Source of the DNA: Calcarisporiella thermophila CBS 279.70
Taxonomy: Eukaryota > Fungi > Calcarisporiellomycota
Reading direction: 5' to 3'
Length of the DNA stretch: 64,000 bases
Assembly (NCBI RefSeq): GCF_041956535.1
Contig: NW_027192205.1
Span: 310,085-374,084, forward strand
Shown in pieces: positions 1 to 14,127 of this stretch; positions within the stretch are counted from its first letter, which is position 1, and every line of letters starts with the position of its first letter. The notes under the pieces were generated by a model. That model saw only the letters and a list, made by a program, of their open reading frames with translations. It was not told the origin of the DNA and made no database searches. Made by a program: the position numbers and the translations under genes.

Positions 1-821
1 AAAGCACTAGCACTGGACCGCAAAAGAATATGCATAAAGTATTTGTACTGCATATCAGGTTTAATTTTTTGGCATGCGGAAGATATTGAGAGAATCCCGG
101 ATATGTTGCGTAGATATTCCATGTTGGCCGGATGGAGTGTCTTCAAGTTGTATAAACGTTTCTTATATGTTTAAATGCGTCCTCGGAATATAAGAAGCAG
201 TTTATATTACAAATGCTGTTGATTTAGTTAAAGACAAAAGAAATACCAAAATATGTTAGCTCTTAGCCCTTTGAATATGATCGGATAAAATATCCTCGAA
301 TCAAATGATAAGGGAAATCAATTCAGTATCCGAGCATAACTACCAAACGTTGCAAGATTGGTTGATTATTATGTCTGTATAATTAATCGATAAAACTGGC
401 GTCTAACTATAATTGTCAGTCGTCACCTTAATAAAGCTTTGCTTAGAATTAACATAATTTGTTATGTAGTGAGAAGTGCTCAGTAAGATGAGGTCTTTGT
501 AGCAAGGGATCTCATCGGACAGATCGTGGCAAGAATTCAAGAATCCTCAACCAATACGAAACTTTAACTTATGATGGAAGTTTGCAGTTTTATTGCACAT
601 TCATTATGCATTTGATATGATCCTCTTGTGGATCAGCGATACTAGCATTCAGACCCTTTAGGTCATATAACCCAGCCATCTTAAATATGCATCGAGGCGC
701 TCTAGAAATTATAAAGGGCTCTTAATACTGTATTTTAGATGTGGCGCAGCTTTACATGTATTTTTGCAAACTGCTTCTAATAGATTCCGTTAGAATAGTT
801 CCATTAAAATATATTTCGATC

Positions 822-1669
822 ATGGATTTCCAGAATCGTGTAGGAAGTAAGATTAGAAGCGGAGTGAGTATAGCTTTTGTTTATAGATAGCTGATTTCCT
901 CATGTTGACTGATCATCTTTTTATTGTATACTAGGGTGTGGCAGATTGGTCAGAGAGTAATGCGGACAGGCGTGAGCGACTTCGCAAGCTTGCGCTCGAG
1001 ACGATTGATCTTGCTAAAGATCCTTACTTTATGAAGAATCATCTTGGATCCTATGAATGCAAGCTTTGTCTTACCCTCCATACTAACGAAGGAAGTTACC
1101 TAGCACACACTCAGGGCAAAAAGCATCAATCCAATCTTGCACAGAGAGCTGCACGAGAAGCAAAGGATCGCGACGCTGTTCTGCCTGCCCCAGTCGCTGC
1201 TCCTAAAACTACTGCAGTTGTGAAGAATGTAATCAAGATTGGCCGTCCGGGCTACAAGGTTACAAAAGTGCGGGATCCCAAAACAAGACAACTTGGAATG
1301 CTCTTTCAAATATCCTACCCTGGGATTGCTCAGGGTGTTAAACCTAGACATCGATTCATGTCTGCATACGAACAGCATGTAGAAACACCCGACAAAGCCT
1401 GGCAGTATCTTATCGTTGCCGCAGAACCTTATGAAAACATCTCATTCAAGATACAGAGCAGCGAAGTGGACAATGCTCCGGGCCGGTTCTGGACTCATTG
1501 GGATCCCGACGGAAAACAGTTTACTTTGCAGTTCTTTTTCAGAGAGTACCGCGGGGGTGCCTACGAGCCTGGCCCACCCGGAGGTGCCGCGAATACCGGG
1601 CCGATTGCTAACCCTCTAAACCCTTACCAAGCTCCCTCATTAAACCAGCCCTCTTATGTTCGCTCTTAG
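822..1669 (+). CDS. SF3A2: Splicing factor 3A subunit 2 (SAP62/Prp11)
   Basis: Exon 1 822-863 (MDFQNRVGSKIRSG), GT-AG intron 864-934, then the ORF with DPYFMKNHLGSYECKLCLTLHTNEGSYLAHTQGKKHQ (U1C/matrin zinc finger) and KIGRPGYKVTK, both diagnostic of SF3A2. Confidence 0.96.
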
Positions 1670-2016
1670 TTCCACTTTAATTGTAATGCATATGGAAAAA
1701 TAAAATCACTTTGTATAGTTGACGTAGCTGCTTTCTTATTTTTCCTTTGGTGAAAGCCTCACGGAAATGTTTAATCTTTAAGAACCCTCTGGGGTACCTC
1801 AACAAACTAATAGTGCCAATGAATCGTGTGCTTCGCTGCCATTGACAGGGAATTATTGTGTAAATTCATTTGCAGTTAATGGAAAGTGTGGAATCGATGC
1901 TTGCAAGAATTATTCATGTGGTCTAATCATCCCTTCAATAAAGATGGAAACAGAATATATTATTATTAATATAAGATTTTAATGCAAACAATATAAGGGG
2001 TGGAAGAGAGAGAAAA

Positions 2017-2041
2017 GGGGTGGGGTGGGGGGGGGGGGGGG
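2017..2041. repeat. G-rich tract (GGGGTGGGGT + G15), G-quadruplex-capable
   Basis: Seen directly. It lies between the convergent SF3A2 and NAP-family genes, about 130 bp past the NAP stop codon. Confidence 0.85.
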
Positions 2042-2170
2042 AAGGATAAAGGAGGGAGGAAAGATAAAGGAGAGGGGAAAGTTGCGGAGAAAATTTTGGG
2101 GATTCTCTAAATTTTGGAAGTAATTGCGTAGGAAGTCGTTTTTCAAATTTGAACTAAATCGTACGTGAAT

Positions 2171-2983
2171 TTACTCTAAAAAAACGAAAATATAGTGAGT
2201 TGCCACGGGCCATTAGGGCTCTCAAGACAGATTCAGCTTACCCTCATCCTCATCGTCCTCACCAAGGTCAATCTCTTCGTCATCATCGTCCTCCTCATCA
2301 ATGCCTTGGTAGTAGCGGAAGGCATTGGGGAAGATATCGTCACGGATGAGTTCGCCAAGATCGGAATCTTCGTCCTCAGAGAACCACTGGAAGAAACTGC
2401 CAGTCTCCTTCTTGGTCACATCCTTGCCCTCCTTCCAGTCGATGGCGAAAGTCTTTGCCGTCGAGACATCGTTCTCGTCTGTGGTGATTTCCTTGACAAG
2501 GGTCTTGTTGGTGAAGAAGGGGTTCTCGGAGAAGGTGAGTTCGATCTTATAGTTGTCGGGGTTCTCCTCATCACGGACAACGTCGAGGGTCTCGAGATGC
2601 TCAAGGATTTCAACATCATCATGCTCAATGAGCTGGTCTATTAAAGGAAAGGCAGGTTAATTCGAGTTCTAGTTCTTGTAGGGTAACCAAGTAATAATTA
2701 CTGGTCACGGGATGGTTGCCGAGCTGGAAAGAGAGAAAAAGAAAAAAAGTCATCAGTTTGAGTCCGAATTTTCGTCATTGAAACATTTCTCTTTAGTAAT
2801 ACATACAACTTGGAGCCAGAACTTGGGCACGGTTGCAACGATTTCGGCGCGCTTCTTGTAGATGGGGCCAGTGAGCTTGATTTGCTGCTTGACGAGGTCA
2901 CGCTCAACATTCTCCATCTCCTTCTCGATTTCCTCGAGCTGGTTGAGAACAGCGGGATCAATTTCAATTTCACCGTTAGACAT
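2171..2983 (-). CDS. Nucleosome assembly protein family histone chaperone (NAP1/SET/Vps75-like)
   Basis: Spliced product contains PIYKKRAEIVATVPKFWLQVLGNHP, NPFFTNKTLVK and SFFQWFS...LGELIRDDIFPNAFRYY plus an acidic tail. Three GT-AG introns; the last exon contributes only AG-TAA (2175-2171). Confidence 0.9.
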
Positions 2984-3261
2984 GCTGATAGTTGCTAGTG
3001 TTTAGTAGGTATAGGGCAGAAAAATCAGGGAGTGAAAAGCGCGTCTTGTAAACAAAAAAAAGGTGAAATTTTTATAAAAAAATCGGACTTCCAAATCCTA
3101 GCTGTAAACAATATGTTTCTTTTGCAGTCACGCGATCTTTGATTGGAAAGGTCCGTTTGCAAACCATACATCGAAGATATTGAAGGATCGCGAAACAGCC
3201 CCCTCCCACTCTTCCTAACTTTATTAGTTCATCGAATTCGTTTCACCGAACCCCAACGAAA

Positions 3262-5089
3262 ATGCGTGCATTCTCACGTCAGCGCCCGAGGCTTCTAAGC
3301 AGCATGTGCACACGGAAAATTATTAAATTAAGGCCGAAGCCGACCCTAGAATCGCGAAGTGGTACTCTGCTGAATTCAACCAGACATCTGTGCATATCAT
3401 GGCCACTGAGTAAGCAGACGCCTCCCCTGGAAATAGTTGGTGTTAAGACTCTCATGGAGTGGAAATTCTTTTTCTCTGTTAGGGCAGGAGATAACCGCAG
3501 CGCAGAACGGAAAGCTTACGCCAAGAATATTCGACCTCTTAGAGGCCAAGAGATCAAGGCATGAGCAGTTAGTAGGGGTCATCAACAAGGAGGTAATGAA
3601 TGGAGCTGCATTACGAGGAAAAATATATTTAGGCTTAACGTCAGCTATTATTTTTTTTCTTTGCCTCATTCAGGCAGCTAGCATGGATTCTACAAGGCGT
3701 GCGCAGGTTTCAAAGGAAATGAGCGAGCTTGAAGATATTGTAAACACTTATCGCGAGTGGCAAATAGCCTGCGAGGTAACCACATACCACTTCGGTTGGC
3801 ATTTTACTTTTTCGTAGTTTTATTTTAACTCTATCAAATAAGATCAGACGGTGAAGGAGATTCAGAAAATGGCTAGTGATGCTGATAATGAACTAAGACA
3901 GCTAGCAGAGGAAGAGGAAGAGCAGACATGGGAACGAATCGAAGAGTTAGAATCTCAAATGTTGGAGATGTTGATTCCAAAAGATACTGCAGACTCTGGA
4001 AATGCAATACTGGAGATACGAGCTGGTAGCCATTTTAATTAATATGCACGTATTGAGCAGCTGAATAATATAAAATTTTTGGTAGGTACGGGTGGGGACG
4101 AAGCTGGGTTGTTCGCGGGGGATGTGTTGCGCATGTATGAGCGATATGCTCTTGCACAGGGATGGAAGTTCGAAATCTTAAGTATCTCCGGCGACGATAG
4201 AGGAATGGTTAAGGTCAGGATAATCCATCATAATGCTGTAATGCAACAAAGGAATATTCAAGTTTAGCACTAGGATGCAACGGTTAATGTTTCCGGCCAT
4301 GGCGTGTTTGGGAAACTCAAGGCTGAATCAGGAGTTCACAGGTTTTAAATTAGTGCTTTATCGAGTTTGAAGATCCTTAGATGACCTTCTTTACCTATAG
4401 AGTTCAAAGGGTTCCTGTAACCGAAAATCAGGGTCGCGTTCATACCAGTACGATTACAGTAGCCATTCTTCCACAACCGACCGAGGTGGATGTGGTATTA
4501 CGGGAACAGGACCTGAAAATCGATGTATTCCGATCAGGAGGTGCAGGCGGCCAACATGTAAATACAACCGACAGTGCGGTGCGAATAACACATATTCCAA
4601 CTGGAATTGTAGTGGCGATTCAAGATGAACGATCACAACACCGAGTAAATATCAATATCTCAATCTATTTTCTTTTATTACATATTTTGGCTTTTCAAAC
4701 CAGATTCTATTTTTCATTATTTTTTTTATATAGAACAAAGCAAAAGCACTTAAAGTACTTCGCGCAAAACTTTTTGAGATAGAGCGGGAGCGAATTGATA
4801 GCGATAGACGCGAGGAACGGCGGAAACAAGTCGGGACTGCGAAGCGATCGGAGAAGATCCGCACCTATAATTATCCTCAGGTACACTACGAATAATTATT
4901 AAATGTATATATCATGTTACCAATTTTAATTCATTATCACTCTAGAGTCGAGTAACGGATCATCGCCTTAACCTCACGCTTCACGACTTAGCTGGTGTCA
5001 TGGCCGGAGGGCCTCCTCTTGAGGAAATCATTGCAGAGTTGAGGAGGTGGGAGGAAGAAAGAGCAATCGCTGAGCTATCGAATCCGTAA
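3262..5089 (+). CDS. MRF1: Mitochondrial peptide chain release factor 1
   Basis: Arg-rich presequence-like N-terminus; [28 protein letters not shown] (PxT motif), [10 protein letters not shown] (GGQ) and [19 protein letters not shown]; multiple GT-AG introns. Confidence 0.95.
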
Positions 5090-5405
5090 AAAAAATATAG
5101 AACTTTCAATAAAGTAGTGATCTAGAAAACACAAGCCTACATTTTAATATACAAATTCGACGCAAAACAAGGAATGATTGGGGAACGCGTAAATTTTTAG
5201 TGTTTCTTTAATATTTGTTACCTTGACACCAAACGCGCTCTTTTCTTCGCCTCCTTATATTTTCATTCTGAAAATTCACCATTTCTCCTTATTTTTCCAC
5301 CTCCTATTTCTGACTTTTTCTCTCCCCTCTCACAAATTCAAAGCATTTTGCCCCTCCTCTCTTTATTCCGCTGAAATATCCCCTCTATAATAGAATTGTA
5401 CATCA

Positions 5406-8400
5406 ATGGATGAGCTGCGCTCTCAGGATAGCGCGCAATTCTCCCCTCTCCCGGATCCACAAACCGATCCCTCCAATCCTGCACCTACTGCAAAAACGCC
5501 TCCCGATACTCCACATGAACACAATTTAAATGCAGAGAATTCCCAGGCTCTCTCTGATCGTTTTCTAATCCAAGATGAGCCAAGTACCTTTATAGCCGAC
5601 GCATCTGTTTCTTCGGGCAGCTTTGATCTTAGTATTGTGGAAGATAATTCGAGGTTAGAGGAGGGTGATAACTCGCGGATGTTGTCTGACGGCGGCACGC
5701 CATATTACTCGACAATGTCTGCAGAGGAGCGATCAAGAGACATTGTCATCGACATGGAGAAGGAACATACTCCTGGACAAATGAATCATATAGATTTAGA
5801 GAGAACTAGCATACCTAACAAGAATTCACCAGCGGAACAACAAGTATATCATAGGAGGTTTGTTTAAATGTTTAGAATGCCTATGCTATATTACTAAAGA
5901 AATTTGTTTACATTGATCTCTATAGCTCTAACAGTACACCTTCGATAAACCGTAATATATTTGGAGATAATTCACCATCGCTCGGATTTGCAGAAAATAC
6001 AAAGCTTTCGTTTTTGATAAACGATTCGATTGTAGCTGGGGACTCGCCAAAAAGGTACTTTCTCAATTCATTGTTAATAGCTCATGTATTAACTTCCTAT
6101 CAAATTTACAGTCTATCCTTTTCCAATCCCCTCTATGCTCAGCTACTAAAGGATCACGCCTCTATAAGCGACAGGCTTACTGAAACACGGAGAGAGTTGG
6201 AGCAGACTAAGCAAGAGCTGGAGCGTGCCCACGAGGAAAATATGGCACTGTATCAGCAAGTGAATATTGCATTGAAGATTGAAGATGCTGATCTGGAGCT
6301 TGTGCGTTTAAAAAAACTTTTAGAGGAAGAATTGCATAAGCAGGATGAGGCTCGGTCGAAGCTCAAGGATCTTCAGTCTTCCTACCCTGAGATAAAAAGT
6401 AAAGCAGACGAGTTCCAAGGGAAACTGGAGGATGAGCTAAAACGCAAGGAAGCGATTCAGGCTAAGTTGCATGAGGTGGAACGTGAACGAAAAGAGATGG
6501 AATCGAGCTTGCCGGAATTACAAGCTTCTTACCAGAAGGTCAAGAGCGAGACAGAGCGATTAAAAAGCGATTTCGAAAAGGAGAAAAAACAGCACGACGA
6601 GGTTCAATTATCCCTTACAGAGCTACGCAAAACTCTTCCCACAAACATTAGCGAAACCGAAGAGCTACGCAAGAAAATTGAGGCTGAAATGAATACCCAG
6701 GCTGAGTTGCGCATGAAGTTGAGCGAGGAGGAGAAGTGTAATGGGGAGCTTCAAGAAAAAATTGCTGCGCTGCAAAAGGCAAACCCCGAGTCCCAGTCTA
6801 GAGCTGATCTCCAGGAACAAATAGGGCGTCTAGTCAAGGAGAAAGCTGCGTTAGAACAGCAGGTTAAACTCGTGTCCTCGGTCAACGACTCCAACGCTGT
6901 CACTGAGCAATTGAAACAACGGTTAGCAGAGGCCGAGAAGCAACAGGATGAGGCCCTGGAGAAGCTAGAGGAGGAGCAGAAAAAACAAGCTGAGATGCGT
7001 GGAAAGCTGGAGGAGCTAAGGAAATCCTATCCTACAATTAAGTCGGAGATCATGCTTCGTGAAGAGCTGGATCAAACGATAAAGGCGAAATCGGAGATCG
7101 AGCAGCGTTTAAGCCTTTACTCAAAGATCGAAGCAACCGTGGCGGATATTGTGCAGCTAGAACAAAGGCTTTCGGATGAAAAAGAGCGACAATCGGAGCT
7201 ACGCACTAAACTCAATGAATTACGTCGCTCGTTCCCGGAAGCGAGAACCGAGGCAGCACTTCGCGAACAATTGGCCACCTGTGCACAAGAACGAGATAAT
7301 GCGCGCGAACTGTTATCGAAGGAGCGTGAGTCACGAGAGGTGCTCGCCGACGAAAACGAGCAACTTAGACATAAATTGGCCGAGCAACAAAAGTGTGTCG
7401 AGCTGATGCGAATGCATGCGGAGAATGCAAACCCTCCTGAGCATCAAGCGACAGGGGCAACTCCCGACTCTGAGTGGAGAGTACAGGAGCTGCTTCTTTT
7501 GATAGATCAGCTTGAGCGAGAAAGAAATGATCTCCAGCATGATCGCGATGAGCTGCTGGAAAAAATGGAGTTTCAGCGCCAGGCACAAGGAACCGAATAT
7601 ATCACATCCACATCTCCCACCGACTCCCCTACCATGTCTCAGTCGATGGTTCATTCTGGTGGGTCGGTTGAAGAAATCGCATATTCAAGCACACCAGCGC
7701 GGCAGGTAAAACAGTCGTTCGAGCACGGGAGTGGATTTGGCGAACGACGGACCAGTATAGGATCCATGGACACGGTGGAAGACGCTCGAAGTGGAACGTG
7801 GAATATGGTAGGTTCTAGATGTTGTTTTACTTTCTTTTCTCCTATAAGTAATCTAATACTTTCAAAAGCGGAAGAGCGACACCGTATCCAAGTCGTATTC
7901 CCCTGCCCCATCCTGGCTGAACATGGACCTTCAGTCGCCCGAGCGCACTCAGCCAAGCTCCCATACGCCAACCATGTCGCCTGAGCTTCTCCGTCTCTCA
8001 TTGCCCGAGCAAGTCAAACGTCTTACTGATATCATCTCGGATCTCAAAAACAAGCTCGCCGACAAAGACGATCACTTGCTCTCCGCGCAGGTCGCGAGCC
8101 AATCCGCACAGCATCAGTTGGAGGCTGCCAAGGAACGCATCGAAGAGTTGGAGGCAAGATGTAAATTGGCGGAAGCAACGGACGACATCCTCGGTAGAAT
8201 GCAAGAGTTTTCGTCCAAGTACAAGCAAGCATTCAGTGATATTAACGAGCAACTGTTGCACCATAAGAGTTTTATGAGAGAAAGCGAGGTTGGAGAGCAA
8301 AGTGTCATGTAAGCCCATTGCCCGACTTTGGTTTATATTAACAGTTTAAGCGATAACCTTTTTGTACACAATTTGTTCACAGAGGCGGGTATGACGTGGA

Positions 8401-10980
8401 TAACATGATGCGCAAGAACCAGGAGACCATCGAATACTTCGATCGTCTCATGCAAACGCTCAGCAACCAAAAACGCTCGCCCGCCACCTGCAATGCTGCA
8501 ACCGCTCAGTCTCCAAGGCACACTCCACCTCTCTCCTCTGATGCGCCTCAACATCAGCAGAATTTATCTTATCTTGTGACCATGGGTTCCGACACTTCGA
8601 CTATGCGTATGAGCACGCTCCTAGACCCTCGCACACAAGAACTGCTCAATAACGTGTATGATAGAGTGAGGGTAATGCTGCGAATGGCAGAAGAGACCAT
8701 CCGACGTTTGGAGCAGTCCGGCTCTCCCAAGGATGGGGACCTGACACCCCCAAAGTCGATTTCCACAAAGCTCAGTCGTGAAGTGATTGAGACATGTTTG
8801 CAGCGACAGATGGAGCTCTTAAAGCAGCGACCTCCTCTGCTTGAAAGTTTGGATGCTTTAACACTTGTCCTATCCTCGGTAGCGATATCGCCCTCAGTAA
8901 GCAAGACCATGGTCGGTACCGACGAGGATGCAGTGGAGGGTACTGACGATATGAGAGTGTCCGTGCGACGAGAGATGGAGCGAATTGAAGAACAGTTGAA
9001 TGAAACACTCGAGGTTTGTGTCTCAGATTTATTCCCTAGTTTTTATCAGAGCAAAGAGTAAGAGCCGCTTGTTTTAATTTTTTTTAGCGTCTGCGGGAGG
9101 CCAACTCGGAACGAGAAATCATTCAGAATAAAAATGAGCAAATTGTGAATAGCTTGAGTATTGCAGAGAAGGTAAAATACAGGCTGCATTCGTAGAACTT
9201 GATTGAATGTTTAACCACGGCTGTTGTGCTATATAGAAATTGAGTGAGTTACAGGGTAATAAAGACGAGCTGGAAGAGCAGCTCAGAACATCGACAAAGG
9301 AGAGAGAACATCTCTCTAAAAATTTAGAACTGGCACAGAAGGTATGAGCCAGTTTATTCTTAGTCACTTGCGTTATGGGCTATTGATAATAGTATCCCTC
9401 TTGCAATAGCAATTGGATGCTCTAAGGCTAGAGAAGGAGGGGCTTCAAGTTAGATTAGATGAATCAAACAAACAGCTCTTTGATGCGCTGAAGGTCGATT
9501 TTTTTTCTTCAAACTCTTTAGAAGCGTAATTCTGACACTTCTAGCGTAATGCTTTAGAACCAGGAAACGCTGGAAGCGCATAAAGGAACCATGCTTGGGA
9601 AAGAAGATGAATTACAAAAGCAGGTGTGCGAGATGCGCGAGGTTAGCTCCCCACATTAACACCCCCTTGTGAAAATAATCTAACCCGGAAATTTGGCTAG
9701 AATATGACCAAAATACTTGTGGAAAATAACGATTTACACGAGAACCAAAAGCGCCAAAACGAGATTAATGCATCCATTATCGCAATGATTCACCAAATGG
9801 GCCAGGTTCTTGGGGAAGAGCACCAGCTGAAAATACGTAAGTCATCTGAAACTTTTATTTTGCAATACTATCGCGTATTTACAAGGCTGCAATATAGCCA
9901 ACCCAGGCTCGGAGGTGGAATTTTCTCAAGAATTGCTCGAGTTGGAAACTCTCTTGCAAGGGCATGTTCGCCATATCTATACTTTAGTACAAGAGCATGA
10001 AAATGCGGTGCAAACACTAACTGAGCTGGAGAGGAAATACCAATTTTTGAAGAGCGTAAATATCTTTCACTCCTCCGCAGAACTCTTTTGGATGCTAAAT
10101 GCCTTTTTTTTTGCAGGAGTGTTCGCATCTCAAACAGAGCCTTGATTCTGCAGATGCAGACCGACAACGACTCCTCGATCAACTTCGCCAGCTGGAGTCG
10201 TCTGAACACAGCAGCCTTGATCGGGCTACCTCGAATTCCCGCCATCAGCCTGAATTGCAGGCTGAAGTTTTACATCTCCGACACCAGGTGCAGCACCTTA
10301 GGCAAGAGATCCAGGAGCAGTCGGATCAGACAGCAGAATTGGATAACTTAAGGGAGGAGTTGCAGCGCCAGCAAGAGATGCTTGTCTGGCGACAGCAGCA
10401 GTTGGAGCAACAGCGCGATGACCATGATGCACGAATGAGCGAACTTGACAAACAGCATCGCGGCGAGCTTGAACGCATCAGGGGAGAATATGAGGCCATA
10501 CTGCGGAAGCTGAAGGAAAAGGCCGCGATGGTGCAGCACCCCCCAAAAGATGAGGCAATAAAGGACAACTATCAACGTGTTGTTGAGCAGTATCGTATGC
10601 TAGGGCGAGAGCTATGGTATTGCAAGGAGGCAAGGAGACGGGAGCTGGGATTCCGGATGGACCTGGCCTATCAGAAGAGGTTTTTGATGGTTTTAATTGG
10701 AGGTGTGAGAGCCTGGTGAGTACGCTTGCGGCCCGTGGAATACATAAGGGAGCATAGCACTAATTTCTATTCACTCTGCTGTAGCACCTTTGCGACGGAA
10801 ATGTTTGTCGAGAATGTGACGATGCGCCGATCCGTGGCCAGTATCCAGGTGATAGCTCGGGCTCGATTGAAAAAGGCGCTCCGAGTTGTCTTGGCTGTTT
10901 CGCGGATGAAGCTGTTGGGGCGACAGTGGACGGAGGTGAAATCGATGAGGCCGATGGCCCGAAAGGAAATTGCATATTAA
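5406..10980 (+). CDS. Long coiled-coil spindle-pole-body/centrosome protein with C-terminal PACT domain (pericentrin/Pcp1-like)
   Basis: About 5.5 kb of spliced E/L/K/Q-rich coiled coil ending in ELGFRMDLAYQKRFLMVLIGG...RARLKKALRVVLAVSRMKLLGRQW, which matches the PACT coiled-coil/calmodulin-binding motif. Confidence 0.8.
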
Positions 10981-11327
10981 GAGTGCTTGGAGGCTCCGAC
11001 GGCTGGTTGGGAGCTCATATTCGATATCTCATATATAACGGGGCATTCCATGATTCCGATTATTCTTTTGACTCCATTGTATCATTTAGTATTTAGCTTC
11101 TTTATTAAGTTGATTCCGATCTGTATAATAGTTGTAATGACGGTCATGTTCTGCTAATAAGATTTCTTTCTCTATTTTCGGAATATTATCTCGTGAAATT
11201 TGGCGGCAAGTAAAAGGAAGGTTGTGACTGGGTGCAAAAATCGTTTGTCGAAGTGTCCTTTTTTGCACTTAATCTTCAATGTTTGCCAAACATCGATCAT
11301 AGATTTCTTTTTATACTTCCAGCTAAG

Positions 11328-14026
11328 ATGTCACAGCCATCTTCCCCAACAACAGCCTCCGTCCCCTCTCCCCCTCCACCTGCTCTCCGCCGCCACAGCT
11401 TAGGGCGTACCTCAACGCTCACCTCATTATCCCCCGTCTCTGTCCACTCTGATCATATTCCGCGATTTTCTAGCTCAACCCCCTCTCTATCCACCAGCGG
11501 CACCAATCCGCCGCGTAAAGCTGGAACAAACTCATTAGTGGGGAAGAAGACCCTAAAACCTTGGCGTGTTCCTCCTATGGGGAAGATGCAGGTGATTTTA
11601 AAGGGGCTGCAGCTCAACGTTGGAATCAAGAGACCCTATGTTATCATAAGATTGGGAGGTTGGTTATGCACATTGGTAGATTGTGGAGGGAATGGGTCAA
11701 TAATTGATGATGGTGTGGTTTTATAGGCCAGCAATATCAGACAACGGTATCAGAGTCTCCAGAAGGTAACTGGAATGAGGGATTTGATTTCAGAGTCAGC
11801 TATCACACACAACTTTTCGGCACGATTCAGGTAGCTTCTCAATTCCCTCCTCTATTTTGTCTACCTAGACACGACCGGCCAGCGGCCTTGTTTGACCTGT
11901 CTTTATTTATTAATGGTAACTGTGATGCAAATTGATAGCTGGATTTATACGATGCATATATGCTACTGCCTGATCGGCACGTGGGGAGGGCCGAGATTTC
12001 GATTAAGCACTTTGAGGGATTGCCTGAGGTATTCACGAGGTGTGTATATGAATTGGGCCACTCAATAAGCCGAATGGAAGGGGTGCTGAACTTTTTCGCT
12101 TAGTTACTACGAGATATGGGAACGGCATCTAAGCGAATCCCGTATTTCTACTGTGGAACGCAAGTCTGTTCTCTCTTCAAGCATTGGTGCAATTAAGGTG
12201 TGTGTTCGCTACCGTTTCCAGCGCGTAAGCGAACTCTCCAAGGACGAAAAGCTATTACACTCGCCTGCATCCCTATTATCCTCGCGACGCCAGCAGAACA
12301 ATGTATCCGATGAAATTCCTGATGATGACGCGGAGCTTGAGAGCGAGTTCCAGAAAAATCTTCTCGAGGAGCGTAGCGAGCACCAAGGATTCCGAAAATT
12401 AGAAGAAGGGGATGTGCGCCAACGGCAAATAGATAACGCGAGAAAGGGGAAGAGCACGGCGGAGCCCTGGGACGGGGACGTGTATGATTCCGAAGACGAG
12501 GAGGAGGACGAGTTACTACTGAATAATTCAATCCTCGATATGATTGGATCATGGACTGTGTCGAAGGAGACGAACCGAGTCTTGAAAACCATTGTGCGGC
12601 TAGCGACGGCCTTCGGGCAAGGCTTTGAGTTGTCCCATCTTCAGCTTTTGACCGGGTTCACCCTGCTTGAAAAGTTCTACGAGAAATTACCACGGTAATA
12701 GGAACATTCTTCTTTGGAGTGGGGTTAGGGAGTGTAACTGATAAATTTTCATCGCGAACATTCTCGTTAACAGGGAGCACACCGGCGACTATGTGACAAA
12801 CCTCGCTGAAATTGAAGAGGCCACCTACTTCTGGAAGTTTTCAATTGCCGCCTATGGTTGGCGCGGGCTGAATTTCATTGGCAGAGGCAACGGTGTGTTT
12901 GTGGATGCCATCCGGCAGAATTCAGATGCGCTCAGCGTGATAGAGTTCCTTGCGCTACCGAAGGAGGACTTGCTCGCCTATGAGTTCAGGAGCGGGGGGG
13001 TCTTTCATCCAAGCTATTATATCGTGAGGGATCGGACGACGAATTCCATTGTCCTATCTATTAGAGGAACCATGGTAAAGCGACTGACGGTTGAATTAGC
13101 CCTGGAATTCCCCTGAAGTTAAAGCCCATATCTCTGTCCCCTTGTTAGAGTGCCTTCGATACCCTAACCGATCTCGCGTGCGAGTATCAGCCGTGGAAAG
13201 GAGGCCTTGTGCACTCAGGGTTCAAGATTGCGGCCAAATGGTTTATGACCCACGTGGTCCCGCAGCTTATCACGTATGTGAATGAGCACGACACGAAAGC
13301 GCTCTATATAGTCGGGCACTCGCTCGGGGCAGGGGCCGCGTCGATTCTTACCATGATGCTGCTTGACCATATGCAAGAGTTCAAGAAGGGCGAGGACTTC
13401 CTTCTAAAGTGCTATTGCTTTGCAGCCCCATGCTCGGTCTCGCTCGATTTAAGCCTCCGATACCGGGACACCATCGAGAGTTATGTATACGGCGACGACG
13501 TGGTATCTCAGCTTAGTTATGGGAGTATGGTCGATGTGAAGGTGATCATGTTGGCAGCCGTGGAGGCCGCGAATCAGCTTGGGACGAGCAAATTGATTCT
13601 GGGGTACAATCCGGATGACGAGGCATGGGCCAAGGCATTCAATCATATTAGGGAGTGCAGGCGGCATCTCTCTTCGGCGCCGTCGCCCAATCCAAAGGTA
13701 ACCTTTACGCATTGGCGAATGCAGAAGAGAAACGATGAGAAGAGCTGAGTCTTTTCTGTTATTAGCTGTATGTGGCAGGCAAGCTGTATCAGTTTTGGTG
13801 TGATCCTACCCCCGAGAATCCACGCCATGTTGCAATAGAGCGCTCCACGCCGCGCGTGTGCGAGGAGGTGATAGTTGCACGACGCGGGCTAACCGACCAC
13901 CTACCGCACCTGTACAACGATGCGCTGATGCGAGCACGGGAGGGCATGATGTTGCGGGATACCTCAAGAGAAGAGTGTAATGGCACGAATGTGGATGCCG
14001 ATGTCGATCGATTAGGAGTGGATTAG
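11328..14026 (+). CDS. Class 3 lipase with N-terminal C2-like domain (diacylglycerol lipase-like)
   Basis: C2-like segment (PYVIIRLG...WNEGFDF...VGRAEISI), SIVLSIRGT, HSGF, nucleophile elbow GHSLGAG, DDVV and the late DH histidine; GT-AG introns join the ORF fragments. Confidence 0.88.
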
Positions 14027-14113
14027 ACACCGCCTGAAGCCTTGTCAATCTGTTAGTGACATTAGCAATAATAAATAGTTCGAACCTTGATTTTCTGGTT
14101 AGCGTGTGCGAGC

Positions 14114-14127
14114 GGGGGGGGGGGGGG
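14114..14127. repeat. G14 homopolymer
   Basis: Seen directly, upstream of the GATA gene. Confidence 0.85.
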
